Positions 24,702-37,689 of a DNA stretch of 64,000 bases are shown piece by piece (the first letter of the stretch is position 1; the number at the start of each line of letters is the position of its first letter). The position numbers and the translations under genes were made by a program. The DNA lies in assembly GCA_040954595.2 (NCBI GenBank), contig CM082591.2, forward strand, positions 8,284,280-8,348,279, written 5' to 3'. The notes under the pieces were generated by a model that was not told where the DNA came from, made no database searches, and worked only from the letters and a program-made list of their open reading frames with translations. Origin of the DNA: Balanoglossus misakiensis. Lineage: Eukaryota; Animalia; Hemichordata.

Positions 24702-25046
24702 AGGGACAAAGTCTCTCTCTCGCTGCCCTTTTTCCATTAATTATATTTGATACCAGACACCGATTATGTTATTGTACACGTAGATATATTGTGAGTCAAT
24801 GTTCAACCACACACACCTTCCATCTTGCTTGTAGACACAAGAGTGAAAAGCTCGCCAAAATGAATATAAATCGGTGTTTACCATTTATTCATTTTGGCGA
24901 GATTTTTACTCTCATACCCTACAAACGGGATGGAAGTTGTGTGTGGTTGAACGTTCATTCACTACATATACACATATACATTGAACAGTGTCTTGTATCA
25001 AACATAATTAATGGAAAAGGGGCAGCAAGAGAGAGACTTTGTCCCT
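24702..25046. mobile_element. Kolobok-like family A element, full length
   Basis: TTAA|AGGGACAAAGTCTCTCTC...GAGAGACTTTGTCCCT|TTAA; a TTAA TSD with RR..YY ends is Kolobok-type. Confidence 0.85.
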
Positions 25047-25422
25047 TTAATAGATTGGGGGTCCATCAGTGTGGCCATATTTCTGTTCATCCCCAGACAT
25101 GCCTACCCATTTCATTCAAAGTTGGTATAGCAAACTTCTCTGAATGACTGTCTTGTTTGTATAAAATACCATTATAGAAGAATGTGTTACAGTGTATGTA
25201 CAAGATGCGGTGTACAAATTTTATTTCATTTCATTTTTTGTGAAAATTTTAACATGGCTTTCCGTGACAACAGTGAAAGAAGATCGTGTCACTCTCAGCT
25301 TCATATTGTACCAATGCAAAATTGTTTTCCAATGTCTTGAAAGATTTTAAAATGTCATTTTTATTTATACTATATAGTAAAATCTTTCCATACTGGTCCT
25401 GATCTCCAGTAGTCCATGGTTT

Positions 25423-25763
25423 CTAAGCCCCTGGAGCTGCCACTTTTTGCATTATTTTCGTGATTTTATTTTCCAACTAAAATTGGTCCATCCAGGCTTA
25501 CTGATGGGTATATATAAACACCTTATCGATGCCCGATTGTGATTGCATGTATTAAAATGGTCACAGTGCCACACCGATTTAACCAGCCTCCATACAAAAG
25601 TACGCAGCTATCGTGGTATGTGTCGCCAAGAGATGACAAATTGATGCAAATGCAAGTAATATGGCTTAATGGTGAGGATTTTTGAGGATAGGGAATATAT
25701 TTGAAATATTTTACTGTGGAAAACAATATGTGAAATGTGGCAGCTATAGCCTATAGGGGCTTT
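25423..25763. mobile_element. TTAA-flanked Kolobok-like element, family F (copies at ~34291-34567, 41903-42090, 42735-43068)
   Basis: Shared core caccttatcgatgcccgattgtga...gtacgcagctatcgtggtatg...tggcttaatggtgaggatttt; ends gggctttaa. Confidence 0.7.
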
Positions 25764-25764
25764 A

Positions 25765-25843
25765 ACCCTTTCACACACACCTCCCAGGTCCAACCTTACC
25801 ATAGAAAACAATGGGTCTGGACTGAACCATGGTGGTGAAAGGG
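25765..25843. mobile_element. Short piggyBac-type MITE TTAACCCTTTC...GAAAGGGTTAA (family G)
   Basis: CCC..GGG termini with TTAA; copies at ~22300-22367, 26019-26091, 35875-35944, 36088-36181 and 41351-41443. Confidence 0.75.
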
Positions 25844-26432
25844 TTAATTTACTACTGCCAAATGTCCTGGACATAAAATACCCAAAAGAGCATCACAGGA
25901 ACTAACTACTTTTGCTGTGTTCAGAGATACAAACATTCTCTCTTGAAAAATAATATACAACTTTAATTTTCCGCTATGTGCCAGACATATGATCTGTTAT
26001 AACTCTTTCACCACCATGGTTTGTTCCAAATCCATTGTTTTCTATGGTGAAGTCAGACTTCTATAGAGGGAAACGGGGGTGAAAGGGTTAATTACACACA
26101 CAAAGAAAGTGTACACACCAATACTCCTAATACTAGAAGAACTGTTGTGCCCCAATGATATCATGTTCTCCCGTATGATTGATCTCCTATTGTCACAAGC
26201 ACACTGAGTTTAGAGTTGGCACGAAAATACTTTTCCTCTCCACTGAGATACGAAAACTGCTACGCTGTGAGTTTAGCTGGTGAATTTGCTTATCTCCAAA
26301 TATTCTTTATTCTGTTGCATATATCTACTATAGGTGACTTTAGAACACTGCATGCATATTGTTTGTTGTGCTTGCTTAGAAAATATCTTTTAACAGTTTT
26401 TATTGGATTTGTTTGGCAGCAAGTTTGTTTAA

Positions 26433-26777
26433 AGGGACTAAGTCTCTCTCGCTGTCCTTTTTCCATTAATTTTCCCATTGTTTGATACAAGACACCATTT
26501 ATATTATTCTACATGTGGATATATAGCGAATCAACGTTCAACCACACACAACTTCTATTCTGTTTGTAGGATATGAGAGTAAAAATCCCACCAAAATGAG
26601 TAAACGGTAGAGACCGATTATTCATTTTGGCGAGATTTTCACTCTCGTGTCTACAAGTGGGATGGAAGTTGTGTGTGGTCGAACGTTGATTCACTTTATA
26701 TCCACATGTAGAATAACATAATTGGTGTCTTGTATCAAACAATGGGAAAAGGTCAGAGACAGAGAGACTTTGTCTCT
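26433..26777. mobile_element. Kolobok-like family A element (opposite orientation)
   Basis: TTAA-flanked AGGGAC..GTCTCT termini; internal sequence is the reverse of the 24702 copy. Confidence 0.8.
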
Positions 26778-27446
26778 TTAATGTGTTAAAGTTTGACTTC
26801 AACAGACAAAAATGATAGCAACACCATTTTAAATATTTATTATGGGAATTTCTCAAAAGAAGGAAAATGAAAACACAAAATGAAATGTGTAAATTCTACC
26901 AATGGAACTAGATGTACAAAACAACTTCAGGTAATTTAAGCATGTTTTATTGGTGTATATTTGTATTAACATCTTCTCAAACACAAAAGGAGCAAAGTGT
27001 TTTAAACACTATTTTTATACATATTCTCTGTAATCTGGTTAGACTGATATAAATAAAAACATGGTTTTATACCAAATGAATATAATCATATGTTGATTCG
27101 TGGATTGTTGATAAACAAGTTTGTTGAGCAATTGGATTAAAAGCGTATATTTGGATGGTTGTTGGTTCATTGTGGGCCACATATGGTTATTATTACAGAT
27201 GTGCGTTGTGTAGTGTTTTTAAAGACATGAAACTACCACATAAAACTTAAAGGGACACTATCTGAAACTTCTGGCTATTTTTTCAGTATTTTTGTTGTTT
27301 TATCACCTACACAGGCACTGTCAAAGTCGATCGCGTTGTGTATAAACGCGCCTGACTTCGACAGTGGTCTGTGTACGTGCACATCCATTCACTAACTTGC
27401 CCACCCCTATGACACAATGGGTTATGCCGTTTTACCAGCTGATCAA

Positions 27447-27601
27447 TCACATGATTCATGTGACGATTTTGGGTTGCAAACGTCGATCGTTGAGGTGTAC
27501 GAGAGTTTAGGCCCTGTTGGTGGAGGAACTTGGACTTAATGCACCGTGGATTTGTTGAACAAGTGCATGTCTGCTGAAAGGATAATTTAATCAGAGAAGA
27601 G
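27447..27601 (+). promoter_or_regulatory. Probable promoter / non-coding first exon of AKT1S1 with palindromic paired E-boxes
   Basis: TCACATGA-T-TCATGTGAC at 27447-27464, a CpG-richer stretch and a strong donor AG|GTAAGT at 27601/27602; matching acceptor ttatcag|G at 30331/30332, 21 nt before the ATG. Confidence 0.5.
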
Positions 27602-28272
27602 GTAAGTTCTGCAACTGTGTTGAGAGCGAATTTGATTATGAACGTTCGGGCTGATTAAATTCTGTCACTGATCAGGCCAGACTTGCAGACTGATGCAATG
27701 GTTATGGTATGCATGTGAGCTGGAAAATTCTCGCCAAGACCTCGTCAATGTGTGTAATATCTGAGAAATAGACATTTGGATTTTGTTTACTAGTTGAGGG
27801 GCCAGCATCACACATATGGAACGCGGGCGGGCAAATCGAACCATTCGTGGAGGATCGACAACAAGTCGACCAATATGTTTGTTTGCTTTTCTTACACTGA
27901 CTCTGACGATAGTTAATGATACACGTGTATATTGCCCGCACGTGCAAATGATATATCGCCGGCAGCTACGTTGTTTTATCAGAGAATTCACGGTTTAGCG
28001 GATTTCATATCTTGACCTATAAAGTTTGACCTACTTACTGCACAATGACCTGAGATTGACCCCAAATGAGACTCATGATACTGTACATTTTACCATTTTT
28101 TAAATAATAACACATTTTTAGCAAGGACAATATCATGATTTGTTGGCTTGCACAAGGGATGGTAATCTCTGACCAAAATATTGGTGATGCCCGAGCTGCA
28201 GGCAAGAGTATCAGCAATATTTTGGTATCAACAATGTTATGGTCAGAGAGCACCAGCCCAACTAATCATTAA

Positions 28273-28595
28273 AGGGACAAAGTCTCTCTCTCGCTGCCCT
28301 TTTTCTATTAATTTTGCTTCATACAAGCCACTGTTTATGTTAATATAGTATACATGTGTATATGTAGTGAATGAACATTCAACCACACACACCTTCCATC
28401 CCAATTGTATAGACACAAATGTGAAAAACCCGCCAAAATGAATATTAAATCGGTCTCTACCAATATTCATTTTGGCGGAGTTTTTACTCTCATATCATAC
28501 AAGCGGGATGGAAGTTGTGCGACTGGTCGAACATTGTTTCATAAGATATCCACATGTAGAATAACATAAACGGTGTCCTATATCACCTTGTCCCT
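28273..28595. mobile_element. Kolobok-like family A element
   Basis: TTAA|AGGGACAAAG...TTGTCCCT|TTAA. Confidence 0.8.
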
Positions 28596-29113
28596 TTAAT
28601 ATATAAAAAGGTATAACCTATTAGAATGTAGAACATTGTTGCCACCATGCAACTAAATGTAGTAAGCCCTGGAGTAACAATAATTCTAATATTGAAGAAT
28701 GGCCACTATTCTAGACCACCCTTGTATACAAATCATGTATAATTGTACTAGTGAACAGATAGCGGATTGAAGGAGCACATTATCTTTTCTAGCATTTTCC
28801 CTAAATACTGTAAAATTGGTTATTTTCGTGACAGAAAATTTTTGCAATATCAAGGGAGGCAACTGTTGCGCGAGGATTAATTCTCTTATTTTTACTACAA
28901 AATTTTTACTGAAAAACATTGTACACGACTTTTTATTTTCACGTTATTTTGGCTTTCGTGTATTTCGCGAAAATGTATTGCTCGCGAAAATAACCCGTTT
29001 TACTGTATATGTGCATTGCATATTGGATGTTTTGTGTGCCATACAATTGTAGTCAGAGTAGAAATAGAATCCAGACTCGTGTGTTTTTTCGCTATATAAA
29101 GCTACAGTACACA

Positions 29114-29579
29114 CACTCACAGTCTAGCATTTTGGTTTTGATTTTTGATTTTTTGTGATTTGCATGTCAAAGGACTCTAACCATGTCAACTCAGGTCACT
29201 GCTCACAATGTGATCATGATCATGACAAAAAATCTTAGAAGCAGTGTGCCCTCTTAGCCCATTTGACGTGCCACTGACTCAATAAACTCACTGGTGACTC
29301 AAGAAAATTATCTAAAATACATGCAAAGGTATGGGGCTGACTCCAAGAAATTTTTGGAAATCCTTAAATTGACTCAAATCTTTTAAAATTATGTTTGTTA
29401 GAGGTCACACTGCTTAGAAGTCTATTAAAACCTGATCTACGACTGATTGGCTGAATTCATGAGCAGGGGTGTTGCTCAATATCAGTGACCTGAGTTGCCA
29501 TGGCTGGAGTCCTTTGACATGCAAATAGCAAAAGTAGCAACATTTCAAAAATGAAGACCAAAATACTAGACCATGAGTG
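29114..29579. mobile_element. Foldback element with ~100-bp TIRs (CACTC...GAGTG ends)
   Basis: Arms tttgcatgtcaaaggactc..caactcaggtcactg / cagtgacctgagttg..gagtcctttgacatgcaaa; no clear TSD. Confidence 0.65.
29242..29412. mobile_element. hAT-type MITE nested in the 29114 foldback
   Basis: CAGTGTG.CCTCT / AGAGG.CACACTG termini; perfect 8-bp TSD CTTAGAAG (29234-29241, 29413-29420). Confidence 0.8.
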
Positions 29580-29942
29580 GAGCAAATTCTAGAATCTAAA
29601 CTAGTAAAATTGGCGTTTCAGTCACTTTCTGATTTACCATGAACAGACTTTGTCAGCATACCTGAAAATTTAACATTTTATTTTATTTAATACAGTTTTA
29701 CACACCTATGCACTATTAGAGAATGCTGTAATGTACAGTAAATTCCTTTGAAAATTGTAACAATAACTAAAAGAGATTGGTGGTAGAGTCACTGGAGGTT
29801 GTAGTAGTGACTGTAAGGAAAATAGCCAATGTTTTGTTAGCCTATTATTTATAACGTTGATGAGTTTGATTTTTATCAGTGTCAACTGTAGTATTGTGTG
29901 TATTTAAACCGTATTTTTGGAACAACACTTGTCTGTCCTTAA

Positions 29943-30226
29943 AGGGACAAAGTCTCTCTGTCGATGCCCTTTTTCCATTATTTATGTTATTCTACATGTG
30001 GCTATATAGTGAATCAACATTCGACCACACACAACTTCCATCCCTTTATGGTAAACACTGCTTATTCATTTTGGTGAGTTTTTCACTCTCGTGTCTACAA
30101 GTGGGATGGAAGGTGTGTGTGGTCGAACGTTGATTCACTTTATATCCACATGTAGAATAAGCTATAACATAAACGGTGTCAAACATAATTTATGGAAAAA
30201 GGGCAGCGAGAGAGAGACTTTGTCCC
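29943..30226. mobile_element. Kolobok-like family A element with internal deletions
   Basis: Same TIRs and TTAA flanks as the other family A copies. Confidence 0.75.
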
Positions 30227-30352
30227 TTAATAATAAATCTCCTACAAGAGAATAATAAATGCATCTCATCATCAATTTCATTTAAATCACTTTAATACGA
30301 AAATATTGTCTCTTATCTCTTATGTTATCAGGTTGTCAGTGTCTCCAACACC

Positions 30353-33300
30353 ATGGTCATATTGACCTGTCCCTGTCTAAATATTTCTATTCATGTGAAG
30401 AACACAGAATTGAAAACTATTGATCAGACAACTCTTGGTCTGTCAAGAGAGCAACTCCAAAATGAATTCTTTTTAAAAGACATAGCTGCAGTTCAGCTGG
30501 ATATTGGTGGAATAACTCAGGTAGGTGGAATTTGACAATTCCCAGACGTTTGACTCATTCTGAAGAACACTTAGTCCAGCTCCTAACCTGTCAACCATTA
30601 TCATGTGAACCAGAGGATTTTTCCTCTGTTTCTGTGAGGGCGCAAGACATATCAGTCGCTCTGGCCTTTGGTGCTTGATGTCTTGCCTATGGTGTTCAAA
30701 TAAAACATAAGCAACTGATGACAGTCTACCTATGGGCAGGGCTCGTTAATTTGGCTGTCAATGAGGGCAACAGTGTATTTTGATGACCGAGGGCACTGCT
30801 AGTCACAATTAAAACAGTCTTGTCTTCCCGAGGGCATAGCCCGAGGGGAAACAGACTGTTTTGGTGTGACTGGCAGTCCCGAGGTCATCAAAAATACACT
30901 GTTGCCCGAATATGTCAGTCATCATGTGTTTTATAACACACCAAACACGACACACACCACATCCAGGCAACAGTACCACGCAGAAACCGATCGAACTGAT
31001 GCCCCTAGGGAACAGTTCGAAATGACTAAGGTCAGGTGACGGCGTATTGACAAATCACGATCGAGGGTTTGCTGCATGGTGTGTTATAAATTTCATTGAT
31101 TTACTCAGATTTTCTAACTGCATGTGATCAGAGGCAAACATTACTCAACATCTATAGCCGAACTTCAACATTATACTTTATTTCAGATGTCAACACTTAA
31201 TTTTTACACTTTTTGAACTTTCATTTTGGGCAGGGGGTTGGGATCCAAACAAACAAATTTCATTTGTTGAACTTTTGTGACAATCTGAGACGGCCTCTAG
31301 CTCTTATTTGGTGCACAAGCAAACACACAATCATAATACCAGTACTGTACCAAATGGGAGTACCACAGATGACATCTAAAAATCTCAGAATGGATGTTCT
31401 ATTGGTCATTTCTACAGGAGCAGAGTTTTTTGATAGAAGAAGAACATGTAGCTGATTGGATAACCAAACGTTGTATCAATTGTAATCTGACTGCTTATGC
31501 TGTACATGCTACCAAAGGCTTGGATAGGGTGCTGGTCACGACACAGATCAAGGTATTCTATAGGAAGAGTCTAATTTTATCATCTTTTGTGCTCATACAG
31601 TCAAACCGCTGTTAGTGGCCACACCTATATGGTGGTCACCTCTATATAGTGGCCACTTTGTTACAGTCCCTGTGCAATTCACATGTGCATCAATTATAAA
31701 GGCCACCTGTCTATAGAGGCCAAATTAGGAAAGTCCCTTGACTGGCCACGATAGACAGGTTCGACTGTAAAGACATTGATCAAACATCATAATCGGTGGA
31801 ACCAAGTGGGAAGCAACTAGTTCAACTGATTCTGATTATTCATAGTTCCACCCTTCAGTATAAGCCACGCCCCCTTAGTTACTGTTGCTACGCCCCACAA
31901 GCTTTGAGCTTGTGGGACATTGACCTCCATAGCTCCACAACGTAGATGGAGAAACTAGATTCGTTCAGTGATAGTCTGCTCAACGTTCCTGGCGACATTT
32001 CTTTATGCTACCTACCAGAGTTTAAAAACCTATCCAAGAGGTCACATGAAAAGGGTTTAATTATATATAATTCCCCCGTATTTTGAACGAGTGTGCCTGC
32101 GTTGCGGTCGAGTGATTCCCCGTATAGCGGCCGTATCCCTCCGAGCCGCAGGTGAGGAGTGATACAGCTATACGGGGTCTATGTATGTAATAATGGGCCT
32201 CGAAGGTTAAGTTTATCGTGCTGTTTCTGAGTGAAATCAGATGAAATATGAGACACAAGAGGTATCACTTCACCTGACGATATTTTTGGTAGGTAAATAT
32301 GGATGAAAACACTGAGAACATGGCGAATTCAGAAAACTACGTGAACGTTACTTGGATTGACAGCGCGGCCCCCATTGTTTACAACACCAGACATTTTATA
32401 ACGGGTCGAACAACATTGACTTTGCGAATGGAAATTGCAAGCAGCATATCAATTTTAAATTTGTTAAACACTTTAGCAATATAATGTCATTGTTAAAAAT
32501 TTATATTGAAGACATGTCAGTTTAAAATCTAAACCCAAACGTTTATTATCCACCACCTGAAACGCCTCTCTGTCTCTGCGTTTTTGGCTTTGGAAACGGA
32601 ACAAAAAATATACTGATGTTAGGTCAAGGTACCTTTCATCCGATTTACACATCCCCCAGGCGCATCTTTTCACCATTCTGGCCGATATTTTAAAACCAAT
32701 AAATTCCCCAAACTGAAATAAAATTTCCAGTCTGTCTATTTCTAACTGAGCGTGTACTGTAGGCTGGGACATGATGTTGATTTAATGTGGGACAAAATGG
32801 CGGTTGCACTACAGGATGACTTTTCTGGGCTCTGATTGGCTGAGGGTTCAGTTTGATTGACAGCTGTGGAACCATGAATTGTGAATACTGTAAGACAGGC
32901 AATTTTCATGGACGATAAATTTTAACGAATTTTGCGAGAGCCAAATAACACGAAAACATGTTTTTTGGAAATATCGATGCAGTAAGTGAAATACGAGAAT
33001 GTGAAAAGTAATTATCACATAACAGGTGCCTCTTTGGATTTTGCAAAAATTTCCTGTTTTACAGTTTATATATATACACAGTCGAACCTATTAATAGTGG
33101 CCAGTCAAGGGACTTTCCTAAACTGGCCTCTATAGACAGGTGGCTGTTATACAGAGGTTAATTAATGCACATGTACCTAAAATCAGTTGATACACACAAT
33201 TTTGTATAAGTTGCGTGGTACAGTAAGAGTTACTGATTTTTGTACCAACTGAGTGACTGTGGTTCATTGAATTGTCTTTTTTTTTACAGAGTGATCCGAG

Positions 33301-36300
33301 GGAGATTGAAGAATTACGGAATTCAGAAGATTTCTCTCCATTGTATAGGATACTGTGTTTCAATGGCAGTGAGGACAAATCCACATTGGGTAAGAGAATG
33401 TTCAGCTTTAGTGTTCTGGGTGTTCAGTGTTTACAGAATGTAGTCCCTCTTGTTTACTCATTTGCATAAAATATAAAATGCTGTGAAAATACATCTCTCC
33501 CCAGAAAATTATTTTATAACCACATGACTACATGCTGTTAAAGGGGAAATTTTTGCGACAGGACATTTTTGCGATATCAAAAGAGGCAACTGTTATGTTA
33601 TCGTCAAAAAAACTTTTTATTTTCACATTGTTTTGGCTCTCGCTAAGTTTGTGAAAATTTATTGTTTGCAAAAATTTCCCATTTTACAGTAGTTTGCATT
33701 TTTCATACTGACATTGGCTGGTACCTAGGATACATGATTGTGTTGTTTATTAGTATTAGTCAAAATAATTAGGGGTTATTACGGGAAGTTTTACCATATT
33801 TTTTAAAATATTGTCACATCAGAAGGATAATTCTATAGTGAGCTCTGCTGTCATTGTTTGCAGGACAAGCAGTAACTGTCAACCATGACAGTGTGAAAAC
33901 AACAATCAACGCTCTACAACAAAACTTATCAACTTATCTTTCCAATGAGAAGGAAAAAATGGATGAGAGGATCAGGTAAGAAGATACAATTTTTTCTTTT
34001 ATCCTAATGCTACTGGGTGTCAAGTCCCTTAAAATACCTATTTGCCACTTTTTCTTCTAAAACGTATTTTGACTGTCTTGACATGGCTCTCATACGTACG
34101 TAGACACACTTGGCAGTCTGAGCCCCCTGTAAAATTTACCAAATCGCACTGGTTTGCACTGTATTGGTCTGAGGGTCTTGTATAGGCCCTACTGAGTAAC
34201 ACGCACTTGGCAGTCTAAACAGGCCTGGATGCCAGGATTCTAGGCACCCTGGAAATAAAACCAGTTTCAACTGACTTGGAAGCATTACGGTTAAAATCCT
34301 CACCATTAAGCCATATTACTTGCATTTGCATCAGTTTGTCATCTCTTGGCGACGCATACCACGATAGCTGCGTACTGTTTGTATGCAGGCTGATTAAATC
34401 GGTGCGGCACTGTTTTAATACATAGCGTGTTCAAATTGCAACATACAGTCACAATTGGGCATCGATAAGGTGTTCATGTATACTGGTACCTACCAGTAAG
34501 CTTATTTATTAAGTTGGAAAATAAAATCATGAAAATAATGCAAACAGAGGCAGCTCCAGAGGCTTTAAAGGTACATGTGTGTACTTTGGGTAATTTATTA
34601 CTGGAATGTCATCTACCTGCAGGCAATACATGGAAGAACAGAAGGAAGATTATATGAAGCTTCAAAAGAAGGCTTACAGTGACAAAAGTGCTTTAATTGG
34701 GTATGTACTGAAATTGGTGAAAATTTGAATTCAAGCAGACACTAGTATGATCAAAAGGTCAGTTGTTATTGCAAACCTGTGAAATTATTTTTATAAATCA
34801 TGTCATTTTAGGTTAATTTTACAAGTAGAAGAACAGAAATTAAAAGATTCTATCTCCGAAGCTATGATCGAAGGCCCTTTATCCCCACCAACAAGAACAA
34901 CTGTTGGAGTCTTGCCAAGGAGTAAGTTTTGTCTATTCTTCGTATACTAGTAGGACAAAGTTTTTATTGCGTTTCGTAATCCCTATTTCACCCATTTATC
35001 ATTTGCATGCACAGTCATACCTGATTGCAGGTATGAATTTTGACATGGAATGGGTGGTATCGATGACGATTTATTGATTAAATTTCGCCTTTGTGTGAGT
35101 GAAAACATCTACGGAACTTGGCAATGCATCTGTCAATATGGAGGTTTAATTTGGTTTCATGACTCGTCCCTTTTGCTGTGTCATAGGCGATCGCCATGTA
35201 TGTACTGGGTCTTGTTTCTCCTGTGGTCTATCGTAACGTGGTCTCATCTGTTGTTCTGTATTTGTTAATAGGGAGTGCGCAAGTAATATCAGAACCATCG
35301 GAAACAATTACAAAGTTTGGTGAATTAAGTATCACAGGAATCCCATCAAATGTTGGTCCACAACAAACACAGGTAAGTCTTCCTCAACAAACTATAATTA
35401 AGGATGTTTGAGCAGTAAAATTGAAAGTGTTGTCATTTGTTTTAATTGTGGAATTTTTGTTTCTCATTTGTATGTATAATGAAAATCTGTTATAGAAATA
35501 GGGGTCACTGAGCTTGTTTTCGAAATACAAGGTCGCACACAAATTTAGTCGATGATTGAAGAAAACTGCTGAGTCAGCATTTCCACCAATGGTTTGTCTA
35601 TGGGCAAAATATTTAGCGAAGTTTATCTAAAAATAGAGCGCGGTGACCGTACAATTTTGTTGACTGATGAATTTATTTTTATTAGACTGAGCTATGTGTA
35701 AAATTTCATGAAAAAGACAATAGTAGAAGTGAGTTTTCTAGCTATTCTCAATGTAATCCTATGGAAAAAGACGGGTGCACGCAGTTTGCCGGTTCATGTT
35801 CTGCGCTTACATCCTTAAAACTGATTTTTTTTATCAACATAGACAAGAGTGATTCCATGTTGAAACACTAAATTAACCCTTTCCCTCCAACCTTACCATA
35901 GAAATCAATGGGTTTGGACTGAACCATGGTGGTGAAAGGGTTAAAATGGTTTTGTATGACAAATGTTTGATGGCTTTCTTTACATATGCCCATTGCATGT
36001 CTCAATTCTCAAGTGATAGCAAAGTGTTTTCAGACCCTATTCAACCTCATTGAAAATGTATGGTGCATAAGATATCTCTGGCTAGATTTAACCCTTTCAC
36101 CCCCCAGTTCTCTATGTAGAGGTCCAACTCTACCATAGAAAACAATGGGTTTGGACTGAACCATGGTGGTGAAATGGTTAAGTCATGACTTCTAGGAAGA
36201 GTCTTCATCACTATTCATACTTAGTTTATTTCTTCACATTGATCCAGATTGAAATGAGTAGTGATCACGAACCAAGTCCAACTGTATCACAAGCAAGACC

Positions 36301-37651
36301 GAGGAAAACCAGAGATGCTGACAGTAAGTTTATAATAACATCCTTTCAGAGTTAGTTAAGGAACTTTAGCAATTAAGCGTATTTATTGCTATGGACTACT
36401 GTGAATGGGAAATTTTTGTGACAGGAAATTTTCACGATACTAAAAGAGGCAACTGTTACACGATTATTAATTTTCGCGTTCTCGTATTTTACTGCATCGT
36501 TATCTCTGAAAAAAACATTTTTACACAACTTCTTTATTTTCGCGTTTTTTTTTTACTCTCAAGTAATTTCTGAAAATTTGTCGTTCGCGAAAATTTCCTG
36601 TTTTACAGTATTTTCCAATGCAGAGGAGCATATTCATATTTGAATGTCTGTGATTATGATTGTTAGTTTACAATGCAACTATTACATGTACATGTAGTCT
36701 TGACTGCAGGGTCTGGCAGCATGGGTGGTATTACATGCATTTTGTATGAACAAGGAAAGGCCCTTGTCAACTTTTAGGACATTGTAGGCAGTTTGGTGCT
36801 GGCCACTGTAAGGTAGTGGGCCACTACTCTATGACTGTGAGAACACAATAGAACCTCATAAACATAACAATTGTTACTATTGTTATGCTAACTAAATGCT
36901 ACTCTATCAGAAATTCTTGGGGAGAATGCTGCCCTACCCATAAGAATTTATTCCATTCCACTGTTTTGGCTCAGCGAAGTAATGAGGATATAATTTTGAT
37001 TTCAGCGTTATTTGATTTGGAAGGATTTACAGAAGACTGTGAACCTTTCTTTGAGTCAGATGATGATGATGGAGATGGTGAGTTCAGTGCTTGTCTACTT
37101 CTTTGTGCACAAGTGACATCATAATCAGCACACATGTTTTTCAACTCTACATTCTGATACAAGCAAAAGTGATACTGGATCATTCTGAAACTTTGTCACA
37201 GAAAAAATAACAAAATGTGAAAAAAAAAATTGAATGAGTTTAAACTTGCTAAGCCAGAACTGTTTGACTGAAGGAAGTCGTGATAGGTCAGGTACTTCAA
37301 AGTCATAGTTCATGTATTGAGAGGAAACAGTTCTCCCGACAATGAACTCATATTTTTGTGTAGTTCAGTATGTGAGATTGTTGTCTCTATGTTCAGCCAT
37401 ATAAACTCGATACGAGTTCTACAATAAATGTGTAACCTGTTTTTATTATAGATAATTCCCTGAATGAAGAATCTATGATGTCTGCACACTACAGACATCA
37501 AGCAATGGCTAGGGCCCAACAACAGCAATATGCTCAGTCAGTACCCATCAGGATGCCGATGTGGAAAATGGATAGACACTCATTAGATGATGAGGAGAAG
37601 GTCAGTTGATATACAGATGTTCACAGGTTGCAGTGAGGATGGTGGCTGTGG

Positions 37652-37689
<38 letters not shown>

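Noticed and set aside
24629-25147. 172-aa ORF and similar ORFs at 4243, 26509, 28243, 29879 and 37945
   Set aside because: Chance open frames across the non-coding family A MITE; the frames are not conserved between copies.
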